Under the pieces are notes generated by a model, which worked only from the letters and a program-made list of their open reading frames with translations, made no database searches and was not told the origin of the DNA. Position numbers and translations under genes: made by a program. Source: Vitrella brassicaformis CCMP3155 (lineage: Eukaryota; Protista; Chromerida). Taken from it: DNA of 64,000 bases. Shown here piece by piece: positions 23,842-33,982 of the stretch; positions within the stretch are counted from its first letter, which is position 1, and every line of letters starts with the position of its first letter. Location of the stretch: positions 12,120 through 76,119 of the forward strand of contig CDMY01000440.1 of the NCBI GenBank assembly GCA_001179505.1, in the 5' to 3' direction.

Positions 23842-23965
23842 CGAGCTAAGCTGCGAGACTCGGAGAGCGTCGACTCATCGCCTGTGGCTTGCCCAGTTGC
23901 AACGTGACGAGAGAGAGTCGGAGAGAGCTGAAGATTGAAAGAGCCGACAGACAGCAACGACTCGG

Positions 23966-25243
23966 ATGGCTTTCCCATATTGGCGCATCACGAGAGCTCC
24001 CCGGCTGTCTGTGGCGCTGCAGCTGACTGCCTTCGCCCTCTATGGGCTGATCTCGCCCCTCCTGCTGGGCTCCCTCTATGGCTTCCAGCCCGAACTGCTG
24101 TTGGAGCAGGAGCTGGAGCGGTACAGTTTTGCCTTCTCGGTTGCGGACGCGGTGCTGGTCAACGTGCTGAGGGGCGGTGTGTTGCTGTTCTTTTGGATCT
24201 GCGCCGTGATCAGGAGGCCCGCCATATATGTTTCAGCTATAGCGCTGGCCTTCACGGCCGTCAAGACGGTGGCCTTACTCATTGGGCTGGCCATGTAAGA
24301 CGGGACAGGGAGGGAGGGAGGGAGGGAGGGTCAGTCAGGCGCGTGTGTGATGTTCCTTGCCGTGTGTGTGTGTTTGTCTGTGGTTCCTCCAGTTCCGGCC
24401 ATGTCGGCGGTGTGTTGACTCGGCTGGGGACACTGTTTGTGTGTGTGGTTGGCGGGGCGCTGGAGATGTACACGGTCCACCAGGGCAGCTACAAGGACAT
24501 CGACCCCGACATCGAGCTGGACGACAAAGTGCAGCCCCTGTGCACCGACACCCACGCCCACACCAACACCCACACACATACCATCGTCGACCACCCCAGC
24601 CACTCGGCCGCACCCACGGAGCTGACCGTCGACTCCAGCTACACCTACCTGCCGCCATCCATCGGCACGGGAGCCTCGTACCGATTCGACAACGAAGGTA
24701 CACATCTGTCGATGACAAAGAGTGTCGATCCACGTGTGTGTTCTCCTCTCTGTCTGCCTGGCTCCTTCAGACGACACAGATGATGACGACAACGACGTCA
24801 AAAATGACAACGACGACAAGCTTCTGACGAACGGCAATGACGGCTTGGCTTCGGGAGTGAAGGCGCCGCCGAAGGTGTCGACGGTCAAGTGCCTGATACA
24901 CTACGCCCAGCCAGATCTGGGGCTTATCATTGGTATGTGGGTGGGTGGGGGGCTGAGGGGAGGGGAGCGGATAGGCGACCCTCGCACACACACACACCGT
25001 TTGCCGATGTAATGTAGGTGGCGGTTGTTTCCTGGTGCTGTCGTCTCTGACCAAGTTGATGCTGCCAAAGTTCATCGCCCAGTGCATCTCTGCCGTGCTC
25101 GACAGCAGCGCCTCCGACGAGGTCTTCTGGGGCGGCGTCGTCTACCTGGTCCTCTTCTCTATCCTCTTCTCCTTCTTCAGCGGGCTGCGCGTCTGGTCAG
25201 CCGCTCAGCATGACATATCGTGACCGTTGGTCGCCGTGCATCC

Positions 25244-25276
<33 letters not shown>

Positions 25277-27600
25277 TGTCTGTGTCAGGTGCACAGCTAA
25301 GGTGGAGGTGAGGCTGGTGGCGAGGGTGCAGCGTGTGCTCTTGGCCAACCTGATGCGGAAAGACGTGCAGTACTTCGATGAGCACGGCACCGGGGCGCTC
25401 ACCAGCAGACTCACCTCCGACGCCACGCTCCTCGGCTCCATCCTCACCACCAACCTCAACCTGGTCGGTGATGGATGGACCTTCTCTGTCTCACACGCAC
25501 ACGCGCACACGCACACACGCCTTGTGTCCCTCCCTGCCTCCGTCCGTCCGCCATGTGATATTATAACAAGCAGGTGCTGCAGTATTCAATCCAATTGGTG
25601 GGGTCGCTCCTGTTTCTGTTCCTGCTGGGGTGGCAGCTGGCGTGCGTCTACTCGGCCATATCGATCGTCTTCTTCGTCGGCACCCGGCTCTTCGGCAACC
25701 TCATACGCACCATGCAGAGGAAGGTCCAGGACGTCAAGAGCGATGCAAACCACGTGCGTACGCGTCTGACACCCAGACACGCCGACACGCAGCCAGGAAT
25801 GATGAATGAATGGGTGTGTGTGCGTGTGGATGCGTGTGTAGGTTGCGGACCAGGCGATATCGTTGATCCGACTCGTGCGGGCTTTTGCATCGGAGGAGTG
25901 GGAGTGCCGAAGATACAACGAGTGGAACAGGTGAGCTGAGCGGGCGGTGTGCCTGTGTGGGCGACGGATAACTCATGGAGGCCACGTGTTGTTGCGGCCG
26001 ATCCGGATCACCTGTACTCCGTGTTGCAGGCGTCAGGTATTGCAGGAGCTTAAGATCAAGATGTCGTACGCCCTCTACCTGCCATGCGTCACCATCGTCC
26101 AGAACGGCCTGGTCATTCTCGTGCTGCTACTCGGCGCATGGTACCCAGATGCCAAATGCACACGGCGATCAATGGCCTTTCATGTTGGTGCCTTTGTTCG
26201 TGCTTGCGTGTGTGGGCAGGTATGTGTATCACGGATACATGAGCGGCGAGGCCCTCACAGCGTTCCTCCTCTACAGCCAGGGCGTCGGCGATCCCATGAT
26301 CAACCTCGCGCAGCAAGTCGTTGCCTTGGCCACCGGCCTCGGCGCGGGCGAGAAGATCTTTGAGATAATCGCCGAGAAACCCACCCTCCCCATCAGCGGC
26401 GGCATCGTTCCCTTTTCAACGCCCAAAGGTGAGCATGCAAACGAACGTGGGCGCAGGCAGTTCTCCGCGTTTCCCTGTGTGTATGTCTGTGCGATTTGTG
26501 TGGCATATACTCCAGGTCACTTGGAGATGCGTGGGGTGTGGTTCGCCTACCCCAGTGCCCCGCTGCACGCCGTGGCCCGTGACATCAATGTGGAGATTAG
26601 GCCTGGTGAGCGCGTGGCTTTTGTTGGACTGTCAGGCAGCGGCAAGTCGTCCCTCCTGTCGCTGATTCTGCGGTACTTCGATCCCCAGCGCGGCAGCATC
26701 GCCTTTGATGGCCATGACATTCGGGTGCTCGACCCCCGGTATGGATGGCAGGCAATCACGCCACAGCACCTAACGTGGCACGGCAGACGCATGGTGTGCC
26801 TGTCTGTCTGTCTGTCTGTTGTGTGGTTTGTGATTGCGCGCAGGTGGCTGCGCAACCGCATCGGCATCGTGACGCAGGAGAGCATGCTGTTCGGCATATC
26901 GATAAAGGACAACATCGCCTACGCCATGCCCGACGCACCTCTGGCCGACGTGCAGGAGGCCGCTGCACTCGCGTCGTGCCACGAGTTCATCGTCGCGCTG
27001 CCACAGGGGTCAGTCTGTGGCACATGGCAGCGAGTGACACATGGCAGCGAATGCAGCTGGATAATGATCTCTCTCTCTCTCTCTCTCTCTCCGTCTCTCT
27101 CTGGGTGTGTGCAGGTATGACACAGAGGTGGGCGAGAGGGGTGTGCGGCTGAGTGGCGGGCAGCGGCAGCGACTGGCGCTGGCAAGGGCGCTGATGAGGA
27201 AGCCAACTTTGCTGCTGCTGGACGAGGCGACGAGTGCGCTGGATGCCAAGAGCGAGGCGTCGGTGCAGCAAGCTCTCGACCTGCTGCACTCCAAGACCAA
27301 GATGACCATGGTCATCGTGGCACACCGGCTTTCGACCGTCAAGGACGCCGACCGCATCGTCGTCATGTGTTCTGGACGGATCGTCGAAACGGTAGCACCG
27401 CACTCACAGACACGGACACACGTGGCATGGCATGGGGATGTCTTATCTCATGGTTGCTGTGTCTTGCTGTAATTCAGGGCACCCACGCCCAGTTGTTAGC
27501 TCAGAACGGTGCCTATCGGTCTCTGATCGACCGGCAGCTACAGACGGACCTCCTCACACACACCAGGCCTCGCAGCCGCAAGCAGTCACGGCAGGACTGA
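23966..27600 (+). CDS. ABC transporter subfamily B half-transporter (TAP-like/ABCB9/ABCB10 type) with an extra N-terminal TM region
   Basis: TMD motifs [17 protein letters not shown]. Walker [10 protein letters not shown]-loop IGIVTQE, signature [15 protein letters not shown], Walker [14 protein letters not shown]-loop IVAHRLST. Multi-exon. Confidence 0.93.
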
Positions 27601-28213
27601 ATAGATAGACGAGAACAGATAGGTGGTTGGGCGGGTGGCTGGGTGGGATTGGGCGGGTTCATTGTCTCGCCAAGCGATTTTGCTCCACTGACTAAGTGAC
27701 TGATCTCTCGTGCTGCTGTACTTTGCTGACCCAGGGCTTCGCGTGTGTGTGTGTGTGTGACTTGTGTGTGTGACTGTGTGTGGATACTGATGCACACGTG
27801 TCCGTGTGTGGTGCCTTGCTTGATTGTCTGTATAGCTGCCTGCCTGCCCGCCTGTGTGTGTACTGGGGCAGGGCAGAAGGAGACAGGGATTGATGAAGGA
27901 TGATGTCCTTACTGACAGAAACGTGGAAAAAGACATACAACGAATGGCACCGTCTACTGATGACAGATTGTCTATGTGTGAGCCATAATGACACACAAGG
28001 GGCCTCAATGACCATGACCACATCTATCGTCGCACCACACGCGAGCAGCGCAGAGACAAACCTACAGACACAATCGGAATGCCACACCCACGTCACCGCG
28101 TGCGCAAGTCATATCATAGCTGGTACATCCAGGCCTTTGTGGTCCTCCGCGCGCCACTCCCCCCCTCCTTAGATCCCCGTCTCTTCGCCGAGCCGCCAGA
28201 CGTGCCCGAACTT

Positions 28214-29390
28214 TCACTCTTCATCCCGCCGGCCTTGCTGCCCTTGGCCGCCTGCATCCACAGACTGACCGTGTCTCTCTCTGTGGCCATGTCTCGCTTT
28301 GGTCATGTCACCTTGGCTTCTTTCTCGTCCTTTCTCCGCTCCTTCTCTATCTCTTTCTGTTTCTTTGCCATCGACTGGTGCAGCTTCTGCTTGCCCTCTG
28401 TCACGTCCAGGGCGGCATCGAGCCCAGCCCGCACATAGCTCTCAAGGGTGCCCAGAATGGTGTCGGGCGGCTTTTGCACCCTGGCAGCGCGGCTGAGGCG
28501 CCGCTCCACCTTGGCCCGCTGGGCCCGCCGCTTGTCGACTCGCTCCTTGGCTGACTTGCATTGGTAGTAGCGGCCTTTGGCGTGCTGCTTGCCCTCAAAC
28601 TCGATGGTCTTGGCCAGATGCTCGAAGGCCTGCATGCATAAAGGAACGGAGAGGAGACACCATCTATGTTATATTTGAATCGATTTCGATTGTGTGGGTC
28701 ATGCTGTTGGGTACCCAACCCACCCTACCTTTCTTTCGTTGCCGTCTTTCTCTTCCTGTTTCTTGATCTGCATGTCCGTCTCGAGGATCTCCCTCTCCCA
28801 CTCGGCGGCAATATGCACGGCGGCGTCATACCTCGTGTACAGGACGTCCACCTGCGGCTTGAGGGCCTCGGCCGTCTCTTTCTCCTGCCGCCACTGTATC
28901 CACGCATCCAGCACCACACGCATCCGCTTCGTCCACCCTGATCGCAGACAGACAGACAGACAGACAGACAATCGCAGACAGACAGACAGACAGACAGGGA
29001 TACACACAGATTGCCGACGTACATCATGCAGGCTCGCCGACATGAGGTCATCCTATCAATGTCCCGCTTGGCCATGGGCACACCAGCAGGCTGGTGCTTC
29101 AGCTTGTGTATGGCGGCATCGAGCTGCTTCCTCCTATTGTCAGGGAGGGGTGGCAGGTGCCCCTTGATGAACTCCTGCAGCTGCTGCTACCGGAACAGCG
29201 CCAGCTGGTACTCGTTCCACTTGGCCTGGTAGGCGGGCTCCAGCTCATCCCTCATAAGCTCCGCCACCGCCCGGTTGTTGGTCTGGACTTCCTGCCGCAC
29301 CTGCAGCAGCTCGAGGGGGGTGAGCTCAAAGACGGAGCTCTGCCCTGCCCAGTGCTCGCCGTGACCCGACACGCCGCCAATGTTGCCCAT
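28214..29390 (-). CDS. Hypothetical coiled-coil protein, possibly a pseudogene (in-frame TAG at 29187-29189)
   Basis: Helical, charged exons (MGNIGG...; WTKRMRVVLDAWIQWRQEKE; AFEHLAKTIEFEG...KEIEKERRKDEKEAK) separated by microsatellite introns. The first exon is interrupted by a TAG unless a 57-nt GT-AG intron (29134-29190) is spliced. Confidence 0.55.
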
Positions 29391-29597
29391 CTCTTCATGT
29401 GTGCTCGAGGACGGTTTATACGACAAGGCAAGGTCTGCGTGAGCTGCAGTCTGACATCTCCCCACTCAAAAAGACACCCTTCCATTGCAAAGCCATGGTC
29501 TCTCCAGATCGCCTTGGAAAAGTCTCGACGATCGGCGTGGTCTGTCGGATACAATTTCTCCTCGTGATCTCAATGACAGTAGCTCAGGTTCTCCAGC

Positions 29598-31352
29598 ATG
29601 AGTGTTGAAGGAGAGCCGAAGCGTCCCCGCACACAAGGCGGCGACTCGGCCGCTCCAAATGAGAACACACCGGTGAGCATTAATCGAGAAGCGAACGCAT
29701 TCACTCAAGAGAGCACACAAACGTCCATCATCGTGCTGACTGTCTGTGTCTGTGGGTGTGTTGCAGTCCATCAGTGAGGGTTTGGTTCGTCTGGAGGAGC
29801 GCATCGCATCGCTGCACACACACATAGATCAGGCACGTGGCGCATGAGAGGCTCAATGGCCTCACTGCTGGTGTGCTCTCATCCACTGTGTGTGTGTGTG
29901 CGGTGCCTGCAGGTCTCACGAGAGGCTGCCGGTGTGCAGCAGCTCTTCAACATAACAGTCGCCGCACAGGTCAACCACACACACACACACGAGAGTACTG
30001 CAGCCGTCACTGTCTCCACGGTTGTCTGTCTGTGTGTGTCTGGTGCAGACGCCTCTGCTCACCAAGAAGTGGCGCAGCGTCTTCGCTGCTCTCTCGTCGG
30101 CTAAAGATGCACTGCGTGACGTCGAGGATGGCGTCAAGGGCACCATTCGGCCCATCGGCTGGGCCAAGCCGCCCCCGCCCGCCGACTCGGCCGACGGCCT
30201 GCCGCCTGATGTCTGCCGCGACGTCATCTACCGGTGCCTGCCCATCGACGAGGCCGTCTGCTCGGCCCGCCCCACCAGCAGGGCACACGGCAGCCAACTC
30301 GTCAATGAGGCCTTCGTGCAGCGCCGCATCGACACGCACTCAGCCGCCACTCGCTGACCGGCCTCATCGACGTGGGCCGGACAGCAGCAGACACGGCCAA
30401 TGCTGCGGCACCCACCCCTGCCCCTCCGACCAGTAGCAGCAGCAGTGACGCACCGGCCGCTGCTGGTGGTGGTGGCCCTCATGTGTCGCATTTCTGTCAT
30501 CTCTGCCAGTGCTGCTATGCACTCGAGTATGGCGGGGCGGTGTGGTGTGAGTGGCCCGACTTCATCCGGCTGGCTGACATCTACAAGCTGACGCCCTCGA
30601 CTGGCCTGCCGCTGATCATGTCGCCTCAGTGGATGGCGGCCCACCTGCCCACCAAGGCCGACTTCCACACCATGCCCCTCGCCCTTCGCCAGTACAGCAC
30701 ATTCGGCCACCTCCTCAACTACAAGGGGACCAGCCTGGCGATCACAAAGGTGGATGAGGCCGAGGATGACGACGAGGAGGGCGAAGAGGAGGATAGAGAG
30801 GGGGACGGTGGGGTGACACGGCAGCGGTATCGCATCGGGAGCGGCGAGCACGAGTGGCGGTTCGAGACAGTGCCGCTGTCCGCCATCCCTCCCCACCATC
30901 CCTGCCGTCGCACATACGACCCCCACAACCCGCCCATCCGCTACGATGGCTTCCTCGTCCCCTCATTCACGGCCTTCATGAAGCATATGGTGCTGCTGGA
31001 GTGGTGTGAGTCAGACCAGAAGGGGGTGGTTGAGAAGAAGGTATTTCGGAGGATAGTAGGCCGTGACAATGAGCGGTTTCGGTCGTTGCTGACGGACCCC
31101 ATCGACGGGCACACCACCATCGACTTCATCACGGAGACGGGTGGCGAGCGGGGGCGATTCATCATCCTCAAGGGCATGAAGGAAGGCGACATCGTCGCCG
31201 CATCTCTGATGGTGGCTTCCGGCCACATCACCTACACAAACGAGGCGGAGATTGGGGGCCGCACGCGGCTGTCTGACCGATTCCCCATCGCAATGTCCTT
31301 GGCCTACTCCTTCCTGGGAAAACACGGCGTCGCCCGCATCATACCGCAGTAG
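29598..31352 (+). pseudogene. F-box-like family copy 3 with a 1-nt deletion frameshift
   Basis: Exons MSVEGEPKRPRTQ..., SISEGLVRLEERIASLHTHIDQ, VSREAAGVQQLFNITVAAQ, then the large exon. At about 30339 the reading gives RIDTHSAATR*; adding one C restores DTHLSRHSLTGLIDV (paralog: DTDLTRRSLRGLIDV). The downstream frame is open to TAG at 31352. Confidence 0.7.
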
Positions 31353-31465
31353 AGGAGAGCACAAGTGAGCCGTAGTGGGGAGGACATTCACATACACACA
31401 AGATGCATGCATCGAGTGCCCGGATGACATTGGTGCGTCTGTGTGTGTGTGTGTGTGTGTGGACC

Positions 31466-31523
31466 CGCCTTGTGCTGACCAGGCACCGATTCGCCCAGAT
31501 CATGCCGCAGTAGAGGAGAGCAC
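31466..31523 (+). pseudogene. Orphan 3' terminal relic of another family copy
   Basis: Encodes RLVLTRHRFAQIMPQ* followed by AGGAGAGCAC, like the copy 3 end (LGKHGVARIIPQ* AGGAGAGCAC). It begins just after a (GT)n tract. Confidence 0.65.
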
Positions 31524-32342
31524 GTAGAATTGTAGAGGCCGGTGGGCGGTAGAAGGCTGATCGCCCCAGAGAGATGCCAATGACTGGATGGGATGGATGC
31601 GCCACGTGGGCCATCGGTGGATGCCGTGGCAGATGGATTGCTGCATTGTGTGCGCATGGTGGACTGCATTGATTTGACCATCGTACAGACGGGGCGGTGC
31701 CTGTGTGCGCCGTGCAATTTTGATCATCTTTCGATGCGCGGGCAAGCCATTCGTTGATCGTCCGTCGCACAATCAAATCCACCACCACCACCCACCCCTT
31801 CCAGCCCTCTAACGTGCAACATTTCGATCGCACGACCATCCAAAGATGGACGTACACTCAGACTCAGACACCCAGGCCAGGCAGCCGAACAGCGGATCAT
31901 GTGTGCATTCAATTCATGTGTGTGTGGCCTCGTCTATCTGCCACACGGATCGATCAAAAAGTGCCATCACCGCCCGCCATGCCATTGTACAGATCTGCAC
32001 AGCAGCCCAGCCGATTGTCTGATTGCATAGGCAGAGTAGACCGCCCCTTCTCCCCCCCTGTAGCTAGACCACACCTGCACGTGTGTGTGTAGTTGGTTGG
32101 TTGCACCCAAGAGAGGGATGGACAGCCAGACGAGACAGACAGACAGACAGACACCAAGAAAGCAAAAAGGAGCAGCCCATCCATCAGGCACGGCACCCAA
32201 AAAAACGAAGCAAAGGGCAGCCAGGGGCCATCTGCCATCTCTCCCTCCCTCCTCACCCACCAAGGTTCTGCCGTCTGTCCGTCACACATTCGGTCATCCA
32301 TCCATCCATCCAGCCCATTCATGTGTGGTGTGAGTGGACGCG

Positions 32343-33578
32343 CTAGCCCATGAAGTCCCCGTAGTCATAGTTGTAGCTGCACCCTTCCTCGTCCCACTCG
32401 TCGTACGGGTCATATCCGCCGCCACAGAAGCGGGGCGCCGCCGTGCGACGCCGCCCCCCGCCCCCGCCTCGCCCTCCGCCGTACTTGGCCTTGCAGTAGT
32501 CGAAGAAACGGTTGAACGCCTTGAAGGACACACACATCATCCTAGGATGGGTGTCTCCCTTGCCGCCTGGTGCATGTATTTGTGCAGCCGCACCCACCCC
32601 TACCCACCTTGCCCTTGGACGACTTGGTCGTGAGACGCTTGCGGCCCAACAACCACTCGATGTAGTCGGGGTGGTTCCTGCCCGCAACCAAGCATATGCA
32701 TATGCATCCGTGCAAGTCAGTGTGTGTCCATCACATCAATCTCCTTTTGTTTGCATCAGCTCTTTCTTACTCCTCCACAAACTTCCAGGTCTTGCCCGCA
32801 TACTTGCCGAACCCAATCTTGTTGTTGCCCTCGCTATGCTCCGGCCGCCCACCGCTCCCAACGCCTCCCGATGCCCCTGCAGACGTCCCCCCAGTCGATT
32901 TCCGTCGACTGCGATTCGCACGCGGAGGCGCTGTCGGCGGCGGTGCCTGTGCGTGTGCGTGCTGCTGTTGGCCAGGGCTGGGAGGGGGAGGTGACGCATG
33001 GGTGTAAGTGGGGGGAGGGGGCGGGGGTGGGGGCGGGGCTGTGGTGCGTCGGCCGCTGGACGACGCGGCCTGAGGGCAGGTGCGGGAGGGGGTGGGCGGG
33101 GGTGGTGAGTAGTAGAAGTTGTAGGCATGTGCAAATGGGTTGCCGAATGGGTAGTAGTAGGTGGAGGTGGGGGGGGTGGGGGCATGTTCACCCCAACTGA
33201 AGACAGACAGACGACAACAAACACCGACACCGATGATATGAGTGGTGGTCCGTCCTTCGTGCCTGTCTGTCTGTCTGCCTGTCTGTCTGTTTGGTTGGTT
33301 GGTTGGTTGGTTGGTGTGTTTTGGTTTTCTCTTACTTCGCACGTCATAGCTGCGGCGTTGCGTATCATCCGATAGGACCGTGTAGGCCTCCTGGACCTTC
33401 TGAAACGCCTCCTTGCTGCCACCTTTGTCAGGATGAGCCTGCACTCACAGACATCCATCGCATGCACCCCCTCCCTCCCTCCCTCGCTCACTCTGAGTGA
33501 CGCCTTCTTGTATGCCTTCTTGACCTCGTCCTTGGACGCGGTGGTCGATATGCCGAGCGTCAGGTAGTGGCCCTTCAT
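32343..33578 (-). CDS. DnaJ (J-domain) protein with C-terminal FGKY-type (DUF3820-like) domain
   Basis: HYLTLGISTTASKDEVKKAYKKASLR|AHPDKGGSKEAFQKVQEAYTVLSD with an intact HPD. A Pro-rich linker precedes IGFGKYAGKTWKFVEE|NHPDYIEWLL. Confidence 0.88.
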
Positions 33579-33835
33579 CCTGTCACCAACTCAACTACAA
33601 TCAAACTAATGGTCTCCACCTGCAAACACGCAACACAACAGCCACACAGCCACCGTCATGTCATGCCCTGTGAGGTGGGTCCCAGCACTGCACTCTCTGC
33701 TTCCTCAATGAAATGAACCATCCCCCCCCTCGGGGCCATCGCTCCGGTCTTGCTGACGCGCTGTGTGGGTGGTTGGGACGTAAGCATCCGACCATATCAA
33801 CGCCAGGGAAGCGTTCTACATGCCACCAGCTCGAA

Positions 33836-33852
33836 TGCGAGCTAAGCTCGCA
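33836..33852. promoter_or_regulatory. Perfect palindrome TGCGAGC-TAA-GCTCGCA in the DnaJ/lipase divergent spacer
   Basis: 7-bp inverted arms, 3-nt spacer. Confidence 0.6.
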
Positions 33853-33982
33853 GACGAAGGAAAGAGGAAGTGAAACTGAAGGAAGGAGGAAGGATGGACG
33901 GTCTCGTGTGGAGGCAGTGCGCGGCATGGCCTTACGACGGCCATTCATGAGTCATCGACTTTGATTATGTGATTATGTCACC

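Noticed and set aside
27889-27960. Possible C/D-box snoRNA (TGATGA...CTGA) between the ABC and coiled-coil genes
   Set aside because: No terminal stem, an imperfect C box and no rRNA-complementary guide I could recognise.
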